Shown here: piece after piece, positions 13,433-28,650 of the stretch
Numbering within the stretch: the stretch's first letter is position 1
Layout of the letters: each line of letters starts with the position of its first letter
DNA from: the human T2T-CHM13v2.0 reference genome, Homo sapiens
Length of the DNA stretch: 64,000 bases
Assembly (NCBI RefSeq): GCF_009914755.1
Contig: NC_060926.1
Strand: one strand, 5' to 3'
Notes under the pieces: generated by a model
Database searches by the model: none
The model's input: the letters and a program-made list of their open reading frames with translations, nothing else
What the model was told of the DNA's origin: nothing
Program-made: the position numbers and the translations under genes

Positions 13433-14039
13433 TTTGTCAGACATTTTATTGTCTGCCTTATTTGTTAATCTATAAATTCCAAAATGTCAGGAGCTGTGTC
13501 TATTTTGTTCATAATGTTTATGACCAGTGCCTAGTACTCTGGTGGGACATAACAAACACCCAAATTCTCAAGGAGCAGACTTCAATCCAGTGCCCATTTA
13601 CCCAAACTAGCAATGGAAATGAGCAAGGATTTAAAAATAATAAACACTGGGTTCTTGTCTCAGTGCTACCACAAGACACCTGGGTATGACCCTGGGTATG
13701 GTCTCAGTTTCCTCATTTTCATAGTGAATTCAATGAACAATCTCTCATATATATACATTCTTTACTTCCAAGTCAAGTCAAGAACCAGTGAGCAAGGGCA
13801 AACTAGTGGGAGTGGAAAGACATCAGAGAAGCCAAATATGTAAATGTTAATAGTGTCGCCAGAAGAACACAAGAGAAAAACCTTAACAATTCTACAATAA
13901 GAAAGGCCTAAATATAAGAAACTCTGACTTTATAAAGAAAAAAAGTGACAAATGGTGGAGGGAGGGAGGAAGGAAGGCGGGAAAGAGGGAAGCAGGGAAG
14001 GGAGGAAGGGAAGAAGGGAGGGAGGGAATTCTCTATGGG

Positions 14040-15480
14040 AAAAGATGCCACAACAAATTTAAAATCAATTGGATAAAAACAATAGGCATAAACTTTGCAA
14101 ATTTGAAGAAATCTACAAAACTGCTTATCTAGAAGCTTAATGAACTTAAAGCAGGATAAACTCAAAAGCTATCAAGGCACATGATAATCAATGTCTGACA
14201 AACAATAATAAAGAGAAAATTTTAAAGTAGACAGAAGAAAGAAACACACCTTCTATCCAAGAAAACAATAGCAATGACTCCCAATTTCTTGTCAAAAACA
14301 AAACAATGACATCTTTAAAGAGCTGAAAGAGCCAGGCTCAGGGCTCATGCCTGTAATCCCAGCACTTTGAGAGGCCAAGGCGGGCGGATAACGAGGTCAG
14401 GAGTTCGAGACCATCCTGTCCAAAATGGTGAAATCCTAACTCTACTAAAAAATACAAAACTTAGCTGGGTATTGTGGTGCACGCCTGTGATCCCAGCTGC
14501 TTAGGAGGCTGAGGCATGAGAACTGCTTGAACCCAGGAGGTGGAGGTCGCAGTGAGCCAAGATCGTGTCACTGCACTCCAGCCTAGGTGATAGAGCAAGA
14601 CTCTGGCTGGCAAAAAAAAAAAATATATCCAATACCCGCGCTATACCCAAGAACCAAATTCTTTTAAATGTGAAACATTCATGAAGACAGAATATATGCT
14701 AGGCCATAAATCAAGCCTCAATAAATGAAAAAGGTTAAAATCATGTTGTTTATGTTCTCTGGCAACAAAAGAATTAAATTAGACGTAATTAACAAAAAGA
14801 TGCTTATATTAGAATAGGCTTAATTTATATATGAAAAAAGTTTAAATTCAGTAATCTAAATTTCCACCTTCCATCTATAACAATGAGAGCAAATTAAATC
14901 CTGTATGCAGAAGAAAGGAACTATTAATAAGGGCAAAAATCAAGGTAAGCAAAAAAAGAAATCCATAAAACCCAAAATTTTTTCTTGAAGAATATTAACA
15001 AATGGACAAAACTCTGGCCTGACTGATTTAAGAGAAAAGGGAAAAATACCAAGTACAAATCTCAAAACCGATACAGGGGACGTCAGTACAGATCCTACAG
15101 ACAGAAGGGTAATAGGGAATATTATAAACATTAAGCCAATAATTTCTACAATTTAGGGAAAAATTCCACAAAAACTGAAATAAAAGGAAACCAAAATTTT
15201 AAAAAGCCTTATTAATTACTAGTATTTTAACTAAACTCAAGATTTAAAATTGGTTAATTAAAAGACTGCTTACAAGAAAACTCCAAGTTTCACTGGTGAA
15301 TTCCATCAAACATTTAAGGAAGAAATAATTCAATTCTACACAAATTGTTTCAGAAAATAAAAAAGGAGGGAACACTTGCCAACCCTTTTCAAACCAGCAC
15401 TACTCCAATACCAAACCAGGAAGACGTTACAAAAGAGCAATCTAAATACCAATATCCTTCATGAACGCAGATGCAATAAT
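14040..15480 (+). mobile_element. Old L1 ORF1/ORF2 fragments interrupted by AluS (14329-14622)
   Basis: L1 motifs such as TTCACTGGTGAATTCCATCAAACATTTAAGGAAGAAATAAT. Confidence 0.8.
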
Positions 15481-16047
15481 CTGCTATGTTTTACACAATT
15501 ATCTGCATAAATGCCTGATGATGATTTTCCCTTGCTGGTGGAATCAAATACAATATCTAGTTGCTTGCTGCTCAGAGATCAAGTTTATAAGCATTTCCTG
15601 GATTGTCTGGATAGCTGGGAGACCTATGTCCTAACACCTAAGACGCTATTCAGTAGAAATGATCAAAAAAGATAACTCTGGAAAGTGCTTCTTAAACTTC
15701 AACCTAAAAATTACTCTTTTTTAACAACCTATCTTTAAGTGAAGAAATCAGATCACAAAACACTTATTTTCATAGAACATATCTACAGTAACAGGTACAG
15801 GAAAATGTCTGAAACAATAAATAAAATGTTGATAGTATTTATCTCTTGGTGGTGAGCTTATTTTTCTTTTCTTTTTTCTCACTTTTAGTTTCTAAAGTTT
15901 CTACGAAGAATGTGTATTATGTTTTCAATAGGAAAAAATTACTTCATCTAAACTTCCCAAAAAAGGGCAAATGGTTATCATATAATCTGAGGATCCTGAA
16001 TCACAATTCTGGAACAAAATGCTTCATTTCAAAGTCTGGGTGTTTCA

Positions 16048-16344
16048 GTCGGGCATGGTGGCTCACGCCTGTAAGCCCAGCACTTTGGGAGACCAAGGCA
16101 GGTGGATCATTTGATGTCAGGATTTCGAGACCAGCCTGACCAACATGGTGAAACCCCGACTCTACTAAAAACACAAAAATTAGCTGGGCATGGTGGCAGG
16201 TGCCTATAATCCCAGCTACTTGGAGTCTGAGGCAGGAGAATCACTTGAACTCGGGAGGTGGAGGTTGCAGTGAGCCTAGATGGCGCCACTGCACTCCAGC
16301 CTCAGTGACAGAGCCAGACTCCGTCTGAAAACAAAACAAAAAAA
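16048..16344 (+). mobile_element. AluS
   Basis: TSD AAGTCTGGGTGTTTCA. Confidence 0.93.
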
Positions 16345-17940
16345 CCAAGTCTGGGTGTTTCAAATAGTCTATCCTTCCCAACCTTTTTCATGTCAACACA
16401 CAGAGAAAATCATATTTGTATGGCATCTAACAGTAAACTGATGAGGCTGCTGGAAGCCAGAGGCAACCAGGAGAAGTTCAAGCTGTCAGAGTGCCCACCC
16501 AGCCACTGGAGGGCTGATGGGACCTTACCATACCTATAGTAGGCAAGCTGTTGCGTACAGTTAGGAAACTCGCATTTATGGTATCCCAAAATCAAAACTA
16601 TGAAAAAATCTGTTGACTACCATAGTACAACTCTTTTTAAAAACTCTAATTTCGTGTGCTATTTTTAGTTCATTATTCAGGTAGAAAGAGAAAACTGAAT
16701 TCCTATTTATGGCCTAACAGAGCCAAAACAAGTTACAATCCACATTTAAAACATTCTCGAATGGCATGTATTTTATAAAACTATAATTGAAAAATATCAG
16801 AGTAGAACCAAATAGCTCCTATTTCAGTTTGTAGACTCTGCAATATGTAGTTTCAAAAATGCATTAACAACAATCTGGCTCCTTTTCTGCAGGCACACAC
16901 ATGAAATATCATTTGGCATATGGGAGTTATTCCCATAAAGATGAGTCAGATAACAAGCAAATGATCATTACCTCACATTATGTGAAATGGAAAGAAGCCA
17001 TTAATGCAGTATTAAGGTCATAAATTCACACACACAGAAGCCAACAAAATAAAACATTAGCTCTCAAAGCATTATTTTCTTATCCTTGCTGCCACATTAA
17101 CCGTACACACTAAAAACTCTGACAAATATTATAATTTGTATAAAATACAGAAGGGTAAAGCTTCCCATGTTCATGTTAATTTGTAGATTTCTCGATTTAC
17201 CTACTGGCTAGGAGCAGGTATCTAATGCCGAAGCTCAAAAGAACCCTGTATATCTGAATCACTCCAACACTCTAAGCACGCTCCTCAGAAACCTATCTTA
17301 GGCCCCCCAAGCTCTCACCCAGTGAAAGGGCTGCACTGGGAAAAAGGCAATTGAATACCCACCAAATTATTCTTCTGGCAACTTCTTGACCTTTACATAT
17401 TATTTAAGCAAGGCCTGGTCTACTCTAAAGCACTGGTGAGGAAACTACAGAAGGTATATTCAAAAAGGGCTAGAGCCCCAAGCTTTAGATATTCATACTT
17501 AAACACTACCTCCCCAAAAGGATTAGGCAAACAGGTCTTCTTATCCACCCTTATTGCTCTATTCATGCTATGTGTATACATGTATACATAAGGAATAAAA
17601 AATATTAATGCCATGACAGTTTTCCACAAATTTATACATGGATCTCTATAATATGTATAATATAGACAGTATTATATATAATAAATACATGTACACTTTT
17701 GTGAATTTCTAAAGTTAAACAAGAAACAGGCAAACATACTTTGTTGGTATATTCATCCATCCATAAAAATCATTTGAATAGTTCCCAAGCGCCATTACCC
17801 ACTTGATACGGTCAAAAATTGTGTGCCTACGATGTGTCAGGCACCGTGCTAAGCACGAAAAAAAAAAGTTATATTGGGTGAGATATGGCCCCTGCCATCA
17901 AATAATTTACAATCTAATTGGGAATCCGACAAGCAAATCA

Positions 17941-18250
<310 letters not shown>

Positions 18251-18654
18251 TATATAAATTAAATCAATAAAAAAGGAAAGCAGGCTAAGTAAGTGCTGTG
18301 ATATAGGCACAAGCAACTAGATGGGAAACATGAAGATGTACAAATGGTGGGAGCGAACACAGGGAGGAGAGCCGATGCTTGATCTAAAATATACAAGACT
18401 AATTAATTCAATACAAAGGTAGGAGCTTCCGAGAAAAGGAACCATCTGTACGTGAAGGCATGAAGAACACAATGGGGTTAGAAAATTGCACACTGTTTTG
18501 TACTAGAACATAAGACATATAGCAGGAGACTCTCACGGGATAGACAGGCTGATTGCGAAAAGTCTTTTATCGTAAATTAGAAAAAATGAACTGTATTCCA
18601 GTCAATAGCAAACAACTGACAGATTTCAGGTAGAATTATAGTAACAGTAATTAT

Positions 18655-18830
18655 AACAATAGCTTAACATCTCCTAAGTATTCATGATGTGTCAGACACT
18701 ATGCCGAGAGTTTTACATACATTAATTCATATAATCTTTCCACAACTCAATTTATAAAATTATGCCCATTTTACAGATAATGAAACTGGGGCTCAGAGAG
18801 GTAACTTGCCCGAGGTTACCAGAAATCTAG
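18655..18830 (-). mobile_element. MIR
   Basis: CCCATTTTACAGATAATGAAACTGGGGCTCAGAGAGG core. Confidence 0.8.
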
Positions 18831-19046
18831 AAAGCAGTTAAGTCAGATGTGAAGGGTTACCTGCTAGAATAGTGTTTTTTTAATGATCAATTTGCCAAGG
18901 AGTATAAAGTGTGGATTACTAGAGGGCATACAGAAGAAAACTTTGTCAGCAGACTGTTGTAAGAAACCAAGTAAAAAATGTTAAGAGCCTGAACTAAGGC
19001 TGTGATGGTGGAAGTACACAAGTGGAATAAAAGAGCTATTTAAACA

Positions 19047-19351
<305 letters not shown>

Positions 19352-19469
19352 TTACTATATAAATAAATAAACAGGCTCCCAGGGCTTGGTAAAATTAAGT
19401 TAAAGGTGATTCTTCTCCATCATGGCACTTAAGTACAAGTACAGTCATTATCTGTTATCTCTCTCTCAA

Positions 19470-19785
19470 AGGCTGGGCACAGTGGCTCACACCTATAATC
19501 CCAGCACTTTGGGAGGCTGAGGCAGGAGAACTGCTTGAGCCCAGGAGTTTGAGGCTAGCCTGGGCAACAAGGCAAGACCCTCGTCTCTACAAAAAATTTT
19601 AAAATAATAAAAAGTTAGCCAGGCATGCTGGTGCATGCCTGTGGTCCCAGCTACTCAGGAGGCTGAGGCAGGAAGATCACTTGAGCCCATGAGGTCAGGC
19701 TGCAGTAAACCATGATCACACCACTGCACTCCGGCCTGGCAACAGAGTGAGGCCCTATCTCAAAAAATAAAAATAAAAAAAGAAC
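19470..19785 (+). mobile_element. AluJ
   Basis: Alu dimer. Confidence 0.9.
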
Positions 19786-20131
19786 AGCATTTCCATGAGG
19801 GAGTGGGGGAATCTTCTGTATTACCACATTGTAGCTCTGAAAACTACCAGTGCCTCCCACCTCCTTGCTCTCTATTGATGTCAAATATATATTTTATCCT
19901 AATACTGTTTTAAGATAAAATATTTATACTGCTTTATTTCCATTACACAAGAAAATCATGTAAAGCCCTAAATACAGTGCCAGGCACACAGTAAGAACAC
20001 TATAAATGTTTGTCATCAACACAATGACCATGTTTACCATTATTATACTTCCTACAACAATTACACTGTTAAACTAACACAAGATCAGACAGATGGAACT
20101 GTAGGTCCTGTAAATAAAACATAGGTAATAG

Positions 20132-20497
<366 letters not shown>

Positions 20498-21094
20498 TAA
20501 AGTTGCTTTCCAAAAGTCATTTTTCTTTCTCAGCCATCTCATCTGACACCCCCGATTAAGAAATCTCATGGGATTTAATTTTTCCTTAATTAGATTTGTC
20601 AAAGTTTGTAATTATATATTTGAGCATCTATATGCTTCATGAGATAAAGGAGCAGGTCTTTTTGCTCACAATCATTCCTCAAGCAACCAGCAAAACAGCA
20701 CATACACGTAAATTACAGTCAGTAAATTTTTGCTGAATATATTTAAAAAATGGCCAAATCCTAGACTTTTTACTAGTCTGTATCTAACTCTTGACTTATA
20801 CCTATTTATTTCTGCATTTAATCCAAAATAAAAGGCTACAGTTAAAAATACTTCATCCTATAACTGGCTTAGACTTTTTTAGAACCCAGTTTCCAAATCT
20901 CACTAAAATGAACCATTTTAAAGCAAAATATTTAAGACAGTAAAAAAAAAAAAAAAGCAGTTTTTAAAAATTATTTTAATAGTCATGATAATCCTTGTTA
21001 ATAAATATTTAATATCTATTCTAACTTTTAAGAAACATTGGAAACCATTGCGCATTTGAAATTTTCATTCTTTAAATATTTTGGAAACTCTTAC

Positions 21095-21138
21095 CTTGAC
21101 ATTTCCCAATAATGGATGTAAAATCATCTTTTGCAGAC
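21095..21138 (-). CDS. NBAS: NBAS exon 6 (SAKDDFTSIIGKCQ)
   Basis: 44 nt, AG/GT boundaries, in frame. Confidence 0.97.
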
Positions 21139-21923
21139 CTGTAAAACATGCAAAATCAAGGCAAAAGTTTTATCGTAACACTGTATAGAACCATAAAATA
21201 CCAGATACTGTGGACTAGACAGCCTCTATATACAATGCTCAATCATATCTCCTCTCAGACATGGTTTTGTGGCTCAATTATGACCCTTTTGTCAGTGACA
21301 ATATTTTCTTCCAACCTTATTGCATCAGATACGGAGCTACATCGTTATGGAGACATATATATGAAATATAGTGACACAGCCTAAGTGAATTTACCGTGGT
21401 CTTTTCATACAATAGAGATGTCTGGTCCCCATCCCCAAAGGTTCTGAATCAAGAAATGTGGGATGGGGCCCAAGCAAAAATATTTTTTTGCTGGATACAT
21501 CATTCCTAATTAAGAACCACTGGTCTGTATCATATTACAAAGTTTGATCACTTAGGGGAAAAAGTCTTATTTTGAGAAATCAAACAGCCTTAATAGGTCA
21601 CCATATTTAAATCAACAACCTATTTTAAATCTGTGATCCTGAAATATATACCAAGTAGAATAATTATTATAAAATATGTTTAAAAATGAAAACTGGTAAA
21701 CCTTCTAGAAAATAATTTAATAACAATTATCCAAAACCTTCATGTCTGTAGCATTTGACCTAACAATTCTATTTCTATAAAGTTATCCCCAGGAAATAAT
21801 TACAGATACATACAGATATCAAAAAAACTGGTATGGTCTCATTTATAAAGGAGAAAAATAATACCCAGTATAAAGAGATTAAACTTTGCTATGTGCACCC
21901 AATGAAATATTATGGAATTACTA

Positions 21924-22150
21924 TAGTCGACCCTTGAACAACACAGGTTTCAACTATGCAGGTCCATGTCTATGTGGATTTTCTTCTACCTCTACCACTC
22001 TGAGATGGCAAGACCACCTTCTCTTCCTCCTCCTCCTCCTCAGCCCACTCCATGTGAAGACGACGATAATGAAGACCTTTGTAATGGTCCACTTCCACTT
22101 AATGAACAGTAAATATATTCCTCTTCCATATGATTTTCCTAATAACATTT
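21924..22150 (+). mobile_element. Tigger2/MER8-family DNA transposon fragment
   Basis: AGTCGACCCTTGAACAACACAGGTTT terminal motif. Confidence 0.75.
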
Positions 22151-22396
22151 CCCAAAGAATGAACTCATTTTTCTCAGTTGCTATTGTTGCTATTTCTTTC
22201 ATAACTGATATACTGTTTAAAAATAAAACACCTGAAAAGTCCAGCTTAGAGATGTCTTTTAGATGTGTATATAATACCACTGAATGTCTCAAGAGGACAG
22301 ACAGCATAATTGGTCTCAAGTAATACGTAACCTTGGTCATTTGCACACTCATATTCAATCTACAGTTTTGTACCAACAGAGAAAAAGCATACCTAT

Positions 22397-22698
<302 letters not shown>

Positions 22699-23025
22699 TG
22701 AGTTTCTGTTTAGCTAATATAGCAGTAAATAGTCACACAACAGTGATTTCCAGAGTTCTGGAGGATAGGCCTCATTTACTGAGAAAGTAAAACTTCTTAA
22801 GAGGCAACGGAATGATCTGGGGAAGGAGAAAGATAAGCATATAACTCTGAGAAAGCATCCTTAATTTTTTAACTGGCGTAAGTTGGTGTTTGACACTCAC
22901 AAAATTAAGTGAGTTAATAATAAAATCCTTTTAAATATATCCCCTATAAAAATCTTAGTTTCCATTTATAGAGTAACAAATATTTCTCAAAGGAAATCTT
23001 GAATATGAATAATATTAACAATTAC

Positions 23026-23073
23026 CTGATTTCCACACACTGATCTTGAACAGCAGCCAAAAGCTTTCCATTG
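23026..23073 (-). CDS. NBAS: NBAS exon 5 (NGKLLAAVQDQCVEIR)
   Basis: 48 nt, acceptor ...ccataaaAG, GT donor, in frame. Confidence 0.96.
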
Positions 23074-23283
23074 CTTTTATGGAGAAGAAAGAGGGGGAAG
23101 AAAATCTATTATGAATATCTATAGCAGTTTTCAGCACAGATGGAATTATTTAATAAGTTAAAAATCATTTTTAAATTTGTTCACATGCTTTAATTATCCA
23201 TCTTTTGACCTTACAATTAGATGAGGATACAGGTACAAAAGCACACAAAATGATTTAATACAGCATGAATTAACATGTTTAAG

Positions 23284-23495
23284 CTCTCTCTCCCCCACTC
23301 TCCCCATCTCTCTCCCTCTCTCCCCCTCGCTCCCTCCCACTCTCTCTCCCTCTCCTTCTCTTTACCTCCCTCCCTCTTTCTCTCTCTCCCTCCCTCCCTC
23401 TCTCCCTCCCTCCCTCTCTCCCTCTCTCTCTCCCTCTCTCCCTCTTCCTCTCTCCCTCCCTCCCTCTCTCCCTCTCTCTCTTTCCCTCTCTCTCT
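23284..23495. repeat. About 210-bp CT-rich polypyrimidine/polypurine tract in NBAS intron 4
   Basis: Almost pure C/T on the plus strand. Confidence 0.95.
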
Positions 23496-23649
23496 AAAAA
23501 GTTTAAACAATACTAAATATTTGCAACAAAGAAATTTACACACAATAAAAATCAAGACTGAAAGCCACAAGCATTCCAAAATTAACGTCCATAATGAAAT
23601 GTAAAAGCTAATCCAGACAGAAAAACATATGAATTTCACACTTCCTTAC

Positions 23650-23727
23650 CTTGCAAGTACCAAATGCCAGTTTATCTGTTTATTAACCAAGCGAACCAGT
23701 CCATCAGGGAGCAAAAAAGGTGCCGGG
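23650..23727 (-). CDS. NBAS: NBAS exon 4 (PAPFLLPDGLVRLVNKQINWHLVLAS)
   Basis: 78 nt, AG/GT boundaries, in frame. Confidence 0.97.
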
Positions 23728-24692
23728 CTGAAATCACAACACATTAGTTAGCTTAAAATCTAATCATGAAAACCACATATATGCAGACAAATAGCACATA
23801 TACTTATAGAGAGAGACACAGATTTTTTTCCATTAGAATATAAAATTTGAATATTAGCAAACCCAAAACCCAAAGTTACTATTTGGTAGCTGAAATTTGA
23901 CCATATATATTTCTCTATTTCCAAAAAACACAGTGATGTGTTCAAAGGTATAAATGTTATGTACTTCCCAGGTAACAGACATCTAGCATACCAATCACAG
24001 AGCAGAGTACACTTATACCAACCCTTTCTGCTCTAACTACCTAGGAACTCTGGCTCAACTGTAACAAAAACAAATTCTAGCATAGAGTTAAACTCACAAG
24101 AAAGAAAGATAAATTTCCAAGTACTAGAAATGAAAAAGTCACTGAAAGCTAGAATTGGGCACAGGGTAAAGAGAGAGATAAGAACTCAAAACAGGACTTA
24201 GCACACGAGATAGGAAATGAGCTACTGAACCAAAGAGAGGACAGGAGTTGGAAGTGAGACTCCTGCAAAGGCCAGGATGCTCAAATGACTGCACCAGGTC
24301 ATTGAAAGAACTAGAAACACCTCACCATAGGCCCAGGGAGACTAAAGACTCTCTTCTCTCCCTGGAACTATGGTTCTGTGGAGGATAAGAATAAAATCTC
24401 CTATGAAAAAGTAAAAGTCCAAGTCTGTACTATATGTAAGATCAGATTACAATTTCACTTTACTCATGTGATGCAAGAATCTGCAAGCATAAGTTCAAAA
24501 TAAAACCATTCACAAAAGACACGAAACTACTCATCATAAGTGAGTAAGCAGACACAGCAAATTAGAGGATTAATACCCGAAGAAATCAAGAAAACAGATG
24601 GAAAAGAAGAATAAAGAACATAATTTCATGAAATAGAAAAAAAATAAATTATGGAAATCAGAAAACACAAAATAGGATTCCAAAATGTTAGT

Positions 24693-24866
24693 GGCCAGGC
24701 ACAATGGTATGTGCCTATAGTCGCAGCTACACGGGAGGCTAAGGCAGGAGGATTGCTTGAGCACAGGAGTTTAAAGCTACAGTGTACCATGATCTTGCCT
24801 GTGAATAGCCACTATACTCCAGCCTGACCAACACAATAAGACCCTCTCTTAAAAAAAAAAAAAAAA
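24693..24866 (+). mobile_element. FAM (fossil Alu monomer)
   Basis: Monomer retaining 7SL-like GCCTGTGAATAGCCACT, poly(A). Confidence 0.8.
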
Positions 24867-26371
24867 TTAGTAATATACATGTAGTACATTTACACTCATT
24901 TTTTAAAACACAAAATAATATCAAAAGACAGTTACAAAAATATAATGAAGATACAAAACATGTATGTGAATACTACCTATATGAGGATGATAATTTCCTC
25001 TAGAAGGGAAGGGAAAAGAAAAAGGGAAAGGACTTGAGATGTAACATTTTGCATAAAAACAAAAAGAGCTAGCTGATACAGGTTTATTATATTGTCAATA
25101 ATTCTCAGTATGTTTATATTTCATAATTAAAAGAACTTTTTTAAAAAAAGAAGAAAAAGTCACTTGAAACAAATACTGACCCCAAAACCTTTGGGTTTAA
25201 TTACCATAAACTCAAGAGCACAAATTGAACTATAATCTTTTTGAAAGCAGCATATCATGAGACAGATGAATCACTTAATGGTGCATTTGCAACCTGTACA
25301 ATGATTCAAGGAAAAAGGCTTCTCAGGAGGAAGGGAGACAAAAAGATACCTACTTCTGATGCCTGATCATAAGGTTCTCACACAGAGGACAGGGCTTGTA
25401 GCAGAGTTAACTTTTTGAGTCTTCCTTCTCAATAAATAAAAAAAAGAATTATCAAGCAGCAACCTGAACAAGACAAGCTTGACACCTCATCCAAGGGTGT
25501 TCAGGACTAACAAGCTGTCGCCTAGAGAAGTCAGAAAACACAGCCCACCTCCCACACTCCTATCCTCTCCTTCCACTCTCTCTTCCTACTCATTGCTCTA
25601 TCCTATCATATCCCACACCCACAAAAAAAGTGACACAATTAAGTATAGAAATTGTAAATATGCATACATATATACATGTATGCACATACACACACACATA
25701 CATAGAGTAAAAGCAGAAAGACGTTGGAGCAAGTCCTAGAGAACGCCAAAGGTCTCTTTTATGGAACTATATTATCTCTGGAACTTTACGACAAGATATC
25801 CTCAACGAAGAAGCAATCTATGTAAATAATTCTATAAAACAATTCCTACACATGTATCTAAAAGCAGAATTATAACTTTTTTGTCATAATAATAATTTCT
25901 TTGTTCTTTCTAAAGCTGGAAATTAGCATCATCCCTGCAAATATACTTAACACTCAAGGAATTAAAAAATATACAAGAACTGAAACCTAAAGAACCTTCT
26001 CTGATACACAGCAGTTGAATATTAACCACAAGTGAGATGACATGACAAGAACAAAAATGTATTTTAAAAGATATGCAGGCTACAGATGCTTCATATGGAC
26101 ATTCAAGATAAGCCTGAGAGTAGTCATCAGAGGAAGCAGAAATTGTCATGAGACATTCTTAATAGTAACTAAGGGAACAAAAACTACCCTAAGTCTACTG
26201 AGATATCTTGTCAGATTCTACCTAAATGTTTGAAATGTCTCATACTGAGTTTGCCTGAATGTCAGCAACTTTATCATGATCTAGAATTCAATTATGAAAA
26301 CAAATCATATATAGAACAATATTGTTTATATTTGATGTTCATACTGTTTCTCTGAAGAACCGAAGACTCAC

Positions 26372-26408
26372 CTGTACCAGATGTATTGGCGTAAAAATAA
26401 TAAACGAT
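26372..26408 (-). CDS. NBAS: NBAS exon 3 (DRLLFLRQYIWYS)
   Basis: 37 nt, AG/GT boundaries, in frame. Confidence 0.97.
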
Positions 26409-27660
26409 CTGTAATCAAAAGAAATGGCAAAGCCAAATATAAATCAGCTGTTAAGAATCATTTTCAAATTAGATTTATAGATGAGAAATCTAAAATATAC
26501 TACAGAGCGAGTCATTAAAAAAAATAAAGAACTCAAGTCTTAAAATGAGAGACTAAATATAACCTAATATACACTGTAACATTTACAGGGTCATATACTT
26601 ATTAAATTCCATGTTTGTGTGTTATTCAAAAGTTTCAAGTATTTCCTAACTGTTCAAGAAATAAAAGCAGTTTGAGATGTTAAATTTAATCTAAGAAGCT
26701 TTCATGAAACCATGGACTAGAAGTTATAATAATCACCCCTTAGAAACCAAAATATTTGTATAAAAAATTAAAGCAAGATATATTTTACACTTTATAGCAA
26801 AGATTTTTAAAACAGTAATACCTAAAATGGGAAAGCCCACGGAAAACAAAACCTCTAACACGCTATAAAAAACAGTGCTTTCTATCATCCTAAATGTACA
26901 TGTATGTGTGTACCTGTGTATGCAGTTAGGTATATATCAATGGAAAAATATCTAAAGAATAACAGATTCTCTCTAGGTGGTACGAGGACAAATTTTTTTC
27001 TAATTTGTAGTTATCTATAGTGTCTGTATTTTCTACAATGAATTTTTATTATTTGTACACATTTTCTAAATTCTCAAAATTTAAAAGCATTTGTCATTAT
27101 GAAAACTGAATATGCTAGTGCTTCTTGTATCAGAAGATAAAATTAACTATAATTAACTGTAATTTTATCAGAAGATAAAAGGATAATCAGAAGATTACAG
27201 TTAATTTCAAGTACTTAACTTCTGTGAAAATGAATTTTCTCTTTATAAGGAACTTAAATTCACTGGTATAAGGATGGACTTTGGAGCCAGAAAGACATGC
27301 AGTCAAATTCCAAATGAATGACCTTGAGCAAGTTTTCTTATCTAAAATCATAAAGGAGTAACGGCACCTTTCTGGTCTGATAAAAGGACTCTATTAATGA
27401 ATATGGTAAACCCGTCATGGCACCAGCTCAGTAAACCTAGTGCTCAATCCTTTCTCAGACTCTTGTTAGTTCATACGTAAAATTTGTCAGGAGTTAAATG
27501 AATACCCTGGCTTACCAAATCTGTAATTTGAGTATCTCTGACCAGATGTATCTGAAACACCACATAGACCTCTTAAAATAGTCTCTCAGTGTATTTTCAC
27601 CTTCAACATCCACTGACTTTCTGAGACTCATACTGGCTTTGACCTTCATTCCTTCTAGAA

Positions 27661-27918
27661 CAGCGTCCCCCAACCTTTTTGGCACCAGGGACTGGTTTTG
27701 TGGAAGACAATTTTTCCATGCAACCTAGATCCCTCACACGTGCAGTTCACAATAGGGTTTGCACTTCCCTGATAATCTAATGCTGCCGCTTATCTGACAG
27801 GAAGTGGAGCTCAGGTGGTAATGCTCACTCACCCATCGCTCACCTCCTGCTATGCAGCCTGTTTCCTAACAGACCACAGACTGGTACCAGTCCATGGCCC
27901 AGGAATTGAGGACACCTG
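27661..27918. mobile_element. MER1-family hAT element, internally deleted
   Basis: CAGCGTCCCCCAACC...GACACCTG; perfect palindromic 8-bp TSD TTCTAGAA. Confidence 0.88.
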
Positions 27919-28168
27919 TTCTAGAATACATCCATAATGGTTAAACCAAAGCTATATACTTTAGCTCTAAGCTGCATTAGAGCTAAAAACGTGCATGCGT
28001 AAATATACAAATGTATACATATACATACATATGTGTGTATATATAAATATATATATAATTAAACTCAGATAACACACATTACTTTTATTAGGCTCCACAT
28101 CAGAAGTCTAAAGAACACATTTTAACTGTTAACCATATCATTACTGTAGAGAAATAAGCTATATTTAC

Positions 28169-28223
28169 CTCGAATTGCTTTCGTGATGATAAAGGATGCA
28201 CCATGTTTTTGGTTGCCTCTAGG
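28169..28223 (-). CDS. NBAS: NBAS exon 2 (PRGNQKHGASFIITKAIR)
   Basis: 55 nt, AG/GT boundaries, continues the exon 1 frame. Confidence 0.97.
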
Positions 28224-28371
28224 CTGGAATTTAAAACAAAAAACACTTACATTTGAATCTTCTAGTAGTATTAGACCAGTATTACTTATACAATATGTAA
28301 ACTTATTTTTATTTACTAATACTCAGAGTTTTGGGCACAGGGAAGCAGTGTCTTAAAACTACTTAAAGACT

Positions 28372-28650
28372 GGATGTTCAGGTGCAGTGGCTCACGCCTG
28401 TAATCTCAGCACTTTGGGATGCCAAGGTGGGCTGACTGCTTGAGCCCAGGAGCTCCAGACCTGCCTGAGCAACGTGGCAAAACCTCATCTCTACAAAAAA
28501 TACAAAAATTGGCCAGGCATGGCGGTGCATGCCTATAGTCCCAGCTACTTGGGAAGCTGAGGTGACCCAGGAGGTTGAAGCTACGAAGCTACAGTGAGCC
28601 CTGATCATGCCACTGCACTCCAGCCTGGGTGACAGAGTGAGACCCTGTCT

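Noticed and set aside
23217-23639. RE-rich and SLSP-rich ORFs
   Set aside because: Low-complexity CT tract
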